Below, piece by piece: positions 9,612 to 17,725 of a stretch of 64,000 nt of DNA (position 1 is its first letter; every line of letters begins with the position of its first letter). The stretch is from the NCBI GenBank assembly GCA_963706025.1, contig CAVPLM010000005.1:224001-288000 (forward strand). Reading direction: 5' to 3'. The DNA is from an uncultured Actinomycetes bacterium (GTDB taxonomy: Bacteria > Actinomycetota > Thermoleophilia > RBG-16-64-13). Below the pieces are notes generated by a model. That model made no database searches. It was given only the letters and a program-made list of their open reading frames with translations, and had not been told where the DNA came from. The position numbers and the translations under genes were made by a program.

Positions 9612-10355
9612 GTGCCCAGGATGGTCCCACTGGAGCCGCCCAGCGACGGCCTGCAGCGGCCGACCTCCGGCCGAGGGACAGGTCGCAGCAAGCGGCGACT
9701 TTCCGATCCTTTCCGATTCGACCTTGCTCTGCTTGCTGAGTACGGACCGTCTCAAGAAGAGACCGACCTGCGTTTGGCGGGAGCCGACGAAGCCGGTCGT
9801 GGCTCCCTCGCCGGCCCGTTGGTGGCGGCCGCCGTGGTGCTGGACTACGCCGGCGGCCCCTTCACCATCCTCAAGGGGCTGACCGACTCCAAGCTCCTTT
9901 CGTCCGAGGCCCGGGAGGAGATGTACCAGAGGGTGCTCCGCTCGGCCACCCATGTTTCGTGGGTGGCCTACTGTCCGGGGACCATCGACCGCGTGGGGCT
10001 GCACCGCTGCAATCTAGCGGCCCTCTCCGGAGCGCTCGAGTCTCTGGATAGGCACTATGCGTTCGCGGTCGTCGACGGGTTCGATCTCGATCGTCCCGAT
10101 CTGCTCGCCCGAGCGATCGTGGGTGCGGACTACAAGAGCGCCGCGGTGGCGGCGGCGTCGGTCGTGGCAAAAGTGGTGAGAGACCGTCTGATGAGGACTC
10201 TTGCCCTAGCGCACCCGGAGTACGGCTTCGATGAGCACGTGGGCTACGCAACCGCACGGCATCGGGACGCGCTCCGGCGCCACGGACCCTGCCGCCTTCA
10301 CCGGCTGAGCTTCCAGGGTGTGAACACGTCGCAGCTGGGATTGTGGGACGAGTGA
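9612..10355 (+). CDS. rnhB: Ribonuclease HII (start uncertain, 9612 or 9621)
   Basis: GADEAGRGSLAGP, LTDSKLL, AAASVVAKVVRD, HVGY, HRLSF. Confidence 0.95.
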   Translation: MPRMVPLEPPSDGLQRPTSGRGTGRSKRRLSDPFRFDLALLAEYGPSQEETDLRLAGADEAGRGSLAGPLVAAAVVLDYAGGPFTILKGLTDSKLLSSEAREEMYQRVLRSATHVSWVAYCPGTIDRVGLHRCNLAALSGALESLDRHYAFAVVDGFDLDRPDLLARAIVGADYKSAAVAAASVVAKVVRDRLMRTLALAHPEYGFDEHVGYATARHRDALRRHGPCRLHRLSFQGVNTSQLGLWDE

Positions 10356-10403
10356 GCCGGGCGAGGGTCCTGCCGGGGCAGTGAAAGGGACCGGGAGCAA
10401 GGC

Positions 10404-11441
10404 ATGGAAGACCATCTGCAGGATAGGCTGCTCGCCAAGGGACTGATACCCGATCTCGCGCTGCGGCGCATCGTGCGTTCCCGCGTGAAAGGGCTGGTCG
10501 ATGGCTTCGAGCGACTCGGCCCCGAAGGGCGCGCCGAACACGAGCGGGCCGTATTGGCCCGTCTGGATTCGGGACCGATCGCGGTCAAGACCGACGAAGC
10601 GAACCGGCAGCACTACGATCTTCCCTCCGAGTTCTTCCGTGTCGTCCTGGGTCCGCGAATGAAGTACAGCTGCTGCCTGTGGCCTTCGTCGGTCCGTAGT
10701 CTTGCCGAAGCCGAAGAAGCGATGCTTTCGCTGACCGCCGAGCGAGCCGGCCTCGACAACGACCAGTGCATCCTCGATCTGGGTTGCGGCTGGGGGTCCT
10801 TGGCTCTGTGGGCGGGGGAACGTTACCCGCGCAGCAGGGTGGTCGCTCTGAGCAATTCACGCGAGCAGGGCTCGTTCATCGAGCGCACGTGCCGGGAACG
10901 AGGCATAGGAAACGTGGAGGTGATCACGGCCGAGGTCGGTCGGTTCGAGGCGGACCGACGCTTCGATCGGATCGTCTCGGTGGAGATGTTCGAGCACCTG
11001 CGGAACCACGGGGAGCTTCTGCGGCGGATCGCCGGGTGGCTCCAACCTGACGGCAGGCTCTTCGTACACGTGTTCTGTCATCGCCGACAGGTCTACGAGT
11101 TCGATCCCGAAGGGACGGGCGGCTGGATGGCGCAGCACTTCTTCGCAGGTGGCATGATGCCGTCCTGGGACTATCTGACCTTCTATCAAGAACACCTGGC
11201 CCTGGCAGAGAGATGGCAGGTGGGTGGGGAGCACTACGCCGGCACCCTGCGGGCCTGGCTTGAGAATCTCGACCGGCAACGAGATTTGGTGCTGCCTATC
11301 CTGGGGCAGGCATATGGCGTCGACCAGGCCCGGCTGCGGCTTGCCCACTGGCGGCTGTTCTTCATGGCCTGCGAGGAGACTTTCGCTCTGGCTTCAGGTA
11401 GTGAGCACTTCGTGGGTCACTATCTCTTTGCTCCCCGCTGA
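10404..11441 (+). CDS. Class I SAM-dependent methyltransferase (cyclopropane-fatty-acyl synthase / coclaurine N-methyltransferase-like)
   Basis: ANRQHYDLP, MKYSCC, LDLGCGWGS, IVSVEMFEH, WRLFFMAC. Confidence 0.85.
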   Translation: MEDHLQDRLLAKGLIPDLALRRIVRSRVKGLVDGFERLGPEGRAEHERAVLARLDSGPIAVKTDEANRQHYDLPSEFFRVVLGPRMKYSCCLWPSSVRSLAEAEEAMLSLTAERAGLDNDQCILDLGCGWGSLALWAGERYPRSRVVALSNSREQGSFIERTCRERGIGNVEVITAEVGRFEADRRFDRIVSVEMFEHLRNHGELLRRIAGWLQPDGRLFVHVFCHRRQVYEFDPEGTGGWMAQHFFAGGMMPSWDYLTFYQEHLALAERWQVGGEHYAGTLRAWLENLDRQRDLVLPILGQAYGVDQARLRLAHWRLFFMACEETFALASGSEHFVGHYLFAPR

Positions 11442-11489
11442 GGCGTTCAGGCCCTGCGCGCCACTTCTGGCGCCCTCACCTCGGGACAC

Positions 11490-12398
11490 TTAGGCGATCC
11501 GGTAGCGCCCCGCCTTGACAACAAGGAAGCCCTCGGCGGCCAGTTCGCTCAACACGGCCTGCGCCTCTTGGGGGTCCCAGTTCGGCAACTGCGCCATGAT
11601 GCTCGCGGCGTCCTGACTCGTCGCGATATCTGTCCCCGCTTGATCGGGCGGGCGGTACACGGTGTTCGCCGCGAGCAGCAGTTGCAGGACCTGAGCTCGT
11701 AGCTGACGGCGGGAGCCCACGAAGGGAGTCTGAGTGGCGTGGTGCCTGCTCCTGCGGCCGGGATTGTGCTGCGTCTTCTTCACCCACGCCCCGTAGTCCA
11801 TCAGGGCGTAGTACCAGTCCCGGGGGTTCTCACGGTCGAGGGTGACTTCGATCAACGGGAGGATGTCGGCATCAGGGACGGCGATGCATTCTCGAAAGAA
11901 GTAGTGAAGGAACGCGGAGCGGATGTTCGTCTCGATGAAGGTCAAGGGATGGCCATAGGCGAAGACACACACGGCTGCAGCCGTGGCCGGTCCGATGGCG
12001 GGCAACCGTCGAAGCTCGGGGACCGAGCGGGGGATGCGGCCCTGGTGTTCGCTCGTCACGATCTGCGCCGCTCTATGAAGAGCGAGGGCTCGCCGGTTGT
12101 AACCCAGGCCCTGCCATGCGACTAGGACCGCACCCAGAGGGGCAGTCGCCAATGCGCGCGGTTCTGGGAACAAGGAGAGGAACAGGTCGTACTTAGGGAG
12201 CACCCGGGCGACCTGCGTCTGTTGAAGCATCACCTCGGATACGAGGATGCTGTAGGGATCACGGGTCCTTCGCCACGGCAGGTCACGGCCAAGCTCTCGA
12301 TAGTGCGCAAGCACGACCGCACGGAAGCTCTCCGTCAAACTTGCCGGGACAGAGCTGTCGTTATTTGCCAACTTGGGGCCAAAGTCCGAGATGGTCAT
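11490..12398 (-). CDS. mutY: Short HhH-GPD adenine glycosylase (MutY-like) lacking the Fe-S cysteine motif
   Basis: RDLPWR..DPYSILVSEVMLQQT, WQGLGYNRRA, HhH LPAIGPATA, ALMDYG. Confidence 0.85.
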   Translation of the reverse strand: MTISDFGPKLANNDSSVPASLTESFRAVVLAHYRELGRDLPWRRTRDPYSILVSEVMLQQTQVARVLPKYDLFLSLFPEPRALATAPLGAVLVAWQGLGYNRRALALHRAAQIVTSEHQGRIPRSVPELRRLPAIGPATAAAVCVFAYGHPLTFIETNIRSAFLHYFFRECIAVPDADILPLIEVTLDRENPRDWYYALMDYGAWVKKTQHNPGRRSRHHATQTPFVGSRRQLRAQVLQLLLAANTVYRPPDQAGTDIATSQDAASIMAQLPNWDPQEAQAVLSELAAEGFLVVKAGRYRIA

Positions 12399-12557
12399 TC
12401 CTTCCTCTTGACTAGTCTGGCCTCAGACCGCCACCGCCGTCGGGCCCAGCGCCGGCCGGGTTCGCGGCCGGTTCGGCCTGGGGCCGATTCGGCCCGCCAC
12501 CGGCCTGGCGGCACCGGCCTGGGGCACCGCCTGTCCGTTCTGTAGAGGGAGGCCCAG

Positions 12558-12950
12558 CTGAATCCTCACTCGCATAGGAGTATCGATCATACGGCTCGGG
12601 GGCGCACCGGGGAACAGACTGCGGCCTCATACCTCGCAGGAAAAGGGTACCGCGTTGTCGCCATCAATCAACGCACTCCTGTCGGCGAGATCGATATCAT
12701 CTGTCGGCATCGCTCCCGAGTGGTGATCGTAGAGGTCAAGGCCCGCTCCGGCACAGCCTACGGTACCGCTTTGGAGGCGATAGGCCCCCGCAAGGCGAGA
12801 AGGCTCAGAGCCGCCGCACTGTGGTGGTTGGCCGACCGTTGCCTACTTCCCTGCGAGGTGAGGTTCGACGTCGTCACCGTCCTGCTCGACGGCGAAGGGC
12901 TGCCCTGCAGGCTCGAGCATCTCGAGGACGCGATCGAAGGGGCGTCGTAG
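12558..12950 (+). CDS. yraN: YraN/UPF0102 family putative endonuclease (probable CTG start)
   Basis: In-frame translation upstream of the ORF-track start gives GRTGEQTAASYLAGKGYRVVAINQRTPVGEIDII...VEVKAR...RFDVV; rnhB-yraN-comM context. Confidence 0.88.
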   Translation: MNPHSHRSIDHTARGRTGEQTAASYLAGKGYRVVAINQRTPVGEIDIICRHRSRVVIVEVKARSGTAYGTALEAIGPRKARRLRAAALWWLADRCLLPCEVRFDVVTVLLDGEGLPCRLEHLEDAIEGAS

Positions 12951-12952
12951 CT

Positions 12953-14497
12953 GTGGCGGTAGCCTCCATGTGGGGCTTCGCTCTGGTGGGCATCGAGGCG
13001 GTGCCGGTGAGGGTGGAGGCCCACGCCCGCAGTGGGCTGCCCGGAGTCACCATCGTGGGCCTCCCCGGTGCGGCGGTGCGCGAAGCCCGAGAGCGGATAA
13101 GGTCGGGGGCGGCCAGCAGTGGCCTTTCTCTGCCCACCAAGCGCATAACCATCAATCTAAGCCCCGGGGATGTGCCCAAAGACGGATCAGGTTTCGACCT
13201 GCCCGTGGCCCTGGCGACCCTGGCCGCCTGCGGTCACCTGCCGGTGGAATCCGTGAGAGAGGTGGGGGCCGTGGGTGAGGTCTCGCTGGACGGCATGGTG
13301 AGGCCAAGCCGCGGGATGCTCCCGGTGACGGAGACCGCAGGACGCATCGGAGTGGGCCTGCTGATCGTTCCCGTCGAGGGTCTCGCTGCGGCCAGCGAGG
13401 TGAGCCTGGTGCCGGTCGCCGGGGTCAGGTCTCTGGCCGAGGCTGTAATGGTAGTGCGCAGCGCGAGCTATCGGTCCCGGGTCATCGAGCGGGGTGGGAG
13501 GTGGCTGCGCATGCATCGCGAGCCTGCAAGCGTCGCGGAGTCGGAGACGCACGATCTGACCGAGGTGGCCGGTCACCACCAGGCAAAACGGGCGTTGGAG
13601 ATCGTCGCCGCCGGAGGACACCACCTCTTGATGGTCGGCTCGCCCGGTGCGGGTAAGACCATGCTGGCACGCAGGCTCGCGGGGATACTGCCCCCTTTGT
13701 CTCACGAGGAAGCTGTTGAGGTGACTCGTGTCTGGAGCGCCGCTGGGTTCACCGCCGCCCACTCGGGTCTGATCAAAGAGCGGCCTTTTAGGGCGCCACA
13801 CCACACCGCGTCCAGGGCCGCCCTGGTGGGTGGGGGCGCGGTGCTCAGACCGGGGGAGGTCAGTCTGGCGCACCGGGGAGTCCTTTTCCTCGATGAGTTG
13901 CCGGAGTTCTCCCGGGACGCCATCGAGGCGCTGAGACAGCCTCTCGAGGAGGGCAGGATAGCGATCAGCAGGAGGATCGGCACGTCCATATTCCCGGCGG
14001 CCTGCAGCCTGGTGGCGGCGATGAATCCTTGTCCGTGCGGCTATCTGGGACACACGGAGAAGACCTGCCGTTGTCCGGCCTCGGCGGTCGAGCGTTACCG
14101 TGCCCGCATCAGCGGACCGTTCCTCGACCGGATCGATGCCCTCATCGAGGTGCCTCCACTCACGATCTCTGCGCTAGAGAGCGAGATCACCGGAGACACG
14201 TCGGCCGCAGTCCGGGCTCGGGTGACCGCAGCGCTGGTCTTTCGGGGACAGCGTTCGGCAGCCGAGAAGGGCTTGGCTCCAAGATCAGTCGAAAAGGGGA
14301 ATCACCTGACCCCTGAGGGCCGGGCCCTTCTTTGTCAAGCTCTAGTCCGTGACGGTCTGAGCGGCCGGGCGTACGTAAGGGTCATCAGCCTCGCCCGGAC
14401 AATCGCCGACCTCGACAACGTCCTTCCGATCGGCGCCGAGCACGTGGCTGAGGCCCTGGCACTCCGCCTTGATCATCGGCGGGTCCAGTTCGCGTGA
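12953..14497 (+). CDS. comM: YifB/ComM Mg-chelatase-like AAA+ ATPase
   Basis: IVGLPGAAVREARERIR, ITINLSP, GSPGAGKTMLA, LAHRGVLFLDE, AAMNPCPCG. Confidence 0.95.
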   Translation: MAVASMWGFALVGIEAVPVRVEAHARSGLPGVTIVGLPGAAVREARERIRSGAASSGLSLPTKRITINLSPGDVPKDGSGFDLPVALATLAACGHLPVESVREVGAVGEVSLDGMVRPSRGMLPVTETAGRIGVGLLIVPVEGLAAASEVSLVPVAGVRSLAEAVMVVRSASYRSRVIERGGRWLRMHREPASVAESETHDLTEVAGHHQAKRALEIVAAGGHHLLMVGSPGAGKTMLARRLAGILPPLSHEEAVEVTRVWSAAGFTAAHSGLIKERPFRAPHHTASRAALVGGGAVLRPGEVSLAHRGVLFLDELPEFSRDAIEALRQPLEEGRIAISRRIGTSIFPAACSLVAAMNPCPCGYLGHTEKTCRCPASAVERYRARISGPFLDRIDALIEVPPLTISALESEITGDTSAAVRARVTAALVFRGQRSAAEKGLAPRSVEKGNHLTPEGRALLCQALVRDGLSGRAYVRVISLARTIADLDNVLPIGAEHVAEALALRLDHRRVQFA

Positions 14498-15669
14498 AGG
14501 ATCCCGCTTCTCATTCCCCGGGCGTGCGAGAGGCGGCTCTCGGTCTGTCCTGGTTGTGCGCCGGCGGTTCTTACTCGCCGCTTCGGCTACTGCCGAGATG
14601 GGGACCGGAAGCGGTCTGGAGGGCATCGCGCGCCCGTCTTCTGGAGTGGGGGATGACTCCGGCGGTGGTAGGCCGGTTCGAAACGAAGCGCCGGGAGTTC
14701 CCGCTCGACGAAGTCGAGGCTCTTCTGCTTGAAAGTGATCTGCGTTTCTTGCCGTACGGGTCATCCTACTATCCGCGTGAGTTGATACAGCTCGACTACC
14801 CTCCCGCAGGTCTTTTCGCCCGGGGAACAGATCGGGCGTTGGCTGGCCTGCTGCGTGTTCCTCGAGTGACGATCGTGGGGACCCGCAAAGCCACGGCCTA
14901 CGGGCTTAGGGCTGCGGAGGCCTTCGCCGCGACGTTCGCCTCCAGAGGAGTGGCGGTGATGAGCGGCATGGCTCTGGGGATCGACGGCCGGGCGCACCGA
15001 GCGAGTCTCGATGCCGGAGGTCTCACCGTCTGCATCCTGGGCTGTGGAGCCGATGTCATCTATCCGCGCTGCCACAGGGCTCTGTACGAAAGGATCCGGG
15101 TGCAGGGGATCATTTTGAGCGAGCTGCCTCCCGGTACTCCACCCGCCCGTTGGACCTTCCCTCGTCGTAATCGGCTGTTGGCGGCGCTCGGTGACGCGTT
15201 GCTGGTCATCGAAGGCTCGCAGGTCAGCGGCGCTATGCAGACCGCTGGCTGGTCGCTCGAACTCGGTCGTCCGGTGTTCGTGGTCCCCGGCCCGATAGGG
15301 GTAGAGAGTCACAGGGGATGCAACCAGTTGCTCTACGACGGAGCCGGGCCGGCGGTGGATCCTTGCGTAACAGTGGAGGATTTCTTTCTACAAACAAGAA
15401 TTCACACGAGTGAATGTGGGCGGACCGGCTGTGCAGGCGGCAGAGCAGGGGCGACCGGCGACCGGCCTGGCGTCCCCGGCCGCAGCGCTTCCGAACGGCC
15501 GCATGCAGATAGTATCCTGGCGGCGCTGGGCGCTGGTCCTTGCTCCGTGGACGGTCTCATGGAGGTCACGGGCCTGAGTGCACGGCAACTTAATGTCGCG
15601 CTCGCGGAGTTGGATATCCTGGGCCTGATCGTCCGCGCTGGGCCCGGGCAGTTCATCAGGGCGCCGTGA
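14494..15669 (+). CDS. dprA: DNA-processing protein DprA
   Basis: IVGTRKATAYG, SGMALGIDGRAH, FPRRNRLLA, C-terminal winged helix. Confidence 0.94.
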   Translation: MKDPASHSPGVREAALGLSWLCAGGSYSPLRLLPRWGPEAVWRASRARLLEWGMTPAVVGRFETKRREFPLDEVEALLLESDLRFLPYGSSYYPRELIQLDYPPAGLFARGTDRALAGLLRVPRVTIVGTRKATAYGLRAAEAFAATFASRGVAVMSGMALGIDGRAHRASLDAGGLTVCILGCGADVIYPRCHRALYERIRVQGIILSELPPGTPPARWTFPRRNRLLAALGDALLVIEGSQVSGAMQTAGWSLELGRPVFVVPGPIGVESHRGCNQLLYDGAGPAVDPCVTVEDFFLQTRIHTSECGRTGCAGGRAGATGDRPGVPGRSASERPHADSILAALGAGPCSVDGLMEVTGLSARQLNVALAELDILGLIVRAGPGQFIRAP

Positions 15670-15697
15670 TCCAACCGCAAGACGGGAGGGAAGGAGA

Positions 15698-16705
15698 ATG
15701 CAGTCGGAAGTGGAGCGCACCGCGTCTCCTCTCCAGCCCGGGAGCCTCGACCAGGCGATATCCACTTTCATCCGCAGCCTGATCGCGGCCGACTACAGCG
15801 CGCGAACGATCAAAGCGACCCTGAGCGACCTCCGGCAGTTTGCGGGCTACCTGGACCGGCGAGGCATCGATCGAGTAGCCGATGTCACCCGCGCGGAGGT
15901 GAGCGGCTTCGCTTCGGCGTTGAGCGAACCAGGCACATGCGACAGCCGGCCGCTCGCTCCCGGGGGGGCTCTCCACGTCTCGGGTGCCGAGCGAACCAGG
16001 GTCAAGGGCTGCGCGCGCAGTACCGTCGCGCGCAAGCTGTCGGTGATACGGAGCTTCCTCCGGTTCTGTGAAGACAGCGGGTTGGTCGACAGCAGTCCCG
16101 CTGCCGGCGTGCGCTCCCCGAAGATGCCTCGCCACCTGCCCCAAGTCCTGACTCCCGAGCAGACCGTGGCGTTGCTGGAGTCGATCGGCGGACCGAAGCC
16201 GCTTGAATTGCGGGACCGCGCCCTTTTCGAGTTAATATACTCATCGGGACTGCGTTGTCAGGAAGTATTGGATCTGAAAATGAGGGACGTCCACATCGAG
16301 AGCTCGGAAGTGCGGGTCAAGGGCAAGGGGCGCAAGGTGCGCCTCGTTCCTGTGGGTGAAGCGGCGCTCGACGCCCTTGACCGGTATCTCAGTGAAGGAC
16401 GTACTCGATTGATCGGCGCTGGGGAGAGCGAACACGTCTTTCTCAGCCGCAGCGGCAGGCCGCTGTCGTCCTCCGACGTTTGGCGCCGCTTGGCGCGCTA
16501 CCTGGCGCAGGCGGGCGCGCCCGCCGGCACTACGCCTCACACTTTGCGCCACTCATTCGCCACCCACCTGTTGGAAGGAGGGGCGGACCTGCGGGTCATC
16601 CAGGAACTGCTGGGGCACTCGTCTCTCCGCACTACGCAGGTGTACACTCATGTATCAGCCGCGCATCTGCGCAGGGCCTATCGCAAAGCCCACCCTCGGG
16701 CCTAG
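15698..16705 (+). CDS. xerC: Tyrosine recombinase XerC-like
   Basis: RDRALFELIYSSGLR, GKGRKVR, PHTLRHSFATHLL, LLGH, TQVYTH; typical position after dprA. Confidence 0.88.
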   Translation: MQSEVERTASPLQPGSLDQAISTFIRSLIAADYSARTIKATLSDLRQFAGYLDRRGIDRVADVTRAEVSGFASALSEPGTCDSRPLAPGGALHVSGAERTRVKGCARSTVARKLSVIRSFLRFCEDSGLVDSSPAAGVRSPKMPRHLPQVLTPEQTVALLESIGGPKPLELRDRALFELIYSSGLRCQEVLDLKMRDVHIESSEVRVKGKGRKVRLVPVGEAALDALDRYLSEGRTRLIGAGESEHVFLSRSGRPLSSSDVWRRLARYLAQAGAPAGTTPHTLRHSFATHLLEGGADLRVIQELLGHSSLRTTQVYTHVSAAHLRRAYRKAHPRA

Positions 16706-16719
16706 GGACTGAAAGACAG

Positions 16720-17520
16720 ATGGCCATCGACCCCGCAACGCAGCACGACATCGGAGAGGCGTGGCGCCTCTACAAGGAGCAGGGTGATCTCAAGGCGCGG
16801 GATCACCTGATCCTTGCGTATTCACCCCTGGTCAAGTACGTGGCCGGCCGGATGAGTTCCGGTCTGCCCGCGCACATCGAGGAGGGCGACCTTGTCTCCT
16901 ACGGTCTCCTGGGGCTGATAGGGGCTCTGGAAAGGTTCGATCCTTCCCGCAACATCAAGTTCGAAACCTACGCGATCTCCAGGATCAAAGGCTCCATCAT
17001 CGACGAGCTTAGGGCCCTGGACTGGGTGCCCCGCTCCGTCCGCAGTTGGGCACGCAAGGTAGAGGCGACGGTGACCAGACTCGAGAACGAACTGATGCGG
17101 GCGCCCACAGATGAAGAGACGGCGGCTGCGCTGGCGATCAGCGTGGACGAGTATCAAGACATCCTCAATCAGATCAGCTGCTCTTCGATCGTCGCCCTGG
17201 ACGAGTTCTGGGATTCCGGCTACTCAGGCCAGGACAGGGTCAACCTGATCGACACCATAGAGGACTCCGAGGCCCCCGATCCCTCGCGTGCCTATCGGAT
17301 CCAGGCCATCAAAGAGACATTGACGGCGGCCATCCAAAGGCTGCCGGAGCGGGAGAAGATCGTTATCGGCCTCTACTACTACGAAGGTCTGACCCTCAAA
17401 GAGATCGGTGAGGTGTTGGGAGTCACCGAGTCCCGGATCTCGCAGCTTCATACCAAGGCCATCCTTCGTCTGAAGGGGCGTCTGAGGGAGGAGCTCGACC
17501 TGGACGCGCTCGTGTCCTAG
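16720..17520 (+). CDS. whiG: FliA/WhiG family RNA polymerase sigma factor
   Basis: LVKYVAGR, KFETYA..RIKGSIIDELRALDWVPRSVR, LTLKEIGEVLGVTESRISQLH. Confidence 0.9.
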   Translation: MAIDPATQHDIGEAWRLYKEQGDLKARDHLILAYSPLVKYVAGRMSSGLPAHIEEGDLVSYGLLGLIGALERFDPSRNIKFETYAISRIKGSIIDELRALDWVPRSVRSWARKVEATVTRLENELMRAPTDEETAAALAISVDEYQDILNQISCSSIVALDEFWDSGYSGQDRVNLIDTIEDSEAPDPSRAYRIQAIKETLTAAIQRLPEREKIVIGLYYYEGLTLKEIGEVLGVTESRISQLHTKAILRLKGRLREELDLDALVS

Positions 17521-17607
17521 CTTCGGTAGCCTCACTCGCGACCGGTCCGCGATGCGCGTGGCGGCCGCCCGTGGGCGTCTGTGGGCGTCTGTGGGGTCGC
17601 TTCCTTA

Positions 17608-17725
17608 TGGTAAACTGCTTCGGCTATACCATCGGACCTGAGGGTGACCGCTGCGGTGGTGCCGGGCGACCGGTTCCGGAGCGGGCCTCAGGGAGTCTCG
17701 AGAACAAAACCAGAGCGAGGTAATC
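17608..17725 (+). promoter_or_regulatory. Extended -10 promoter and structured rpsB leader
   Basis: TGgTAAACT at 17608-17616; stem CCTGAGG...CCTCAGG with inner CCGCT/AGCGG, then A-rich segment and SD GAGGT. Confidence 0.55.

Noticed and set aside
15698-16705. Tyrosine recombinase as a prophage/island integrase
   Set aside because: Housekeeping XerC-type sequence and context; no att sites, tRNA or cargo genes
17521-17600. Further copy of the palindromic element (CTCACTCGCG and GCGCGTGGC matches)
   Set aside because: The short matches are in conflicting orientations and have no inverted ends; not supportable by eye
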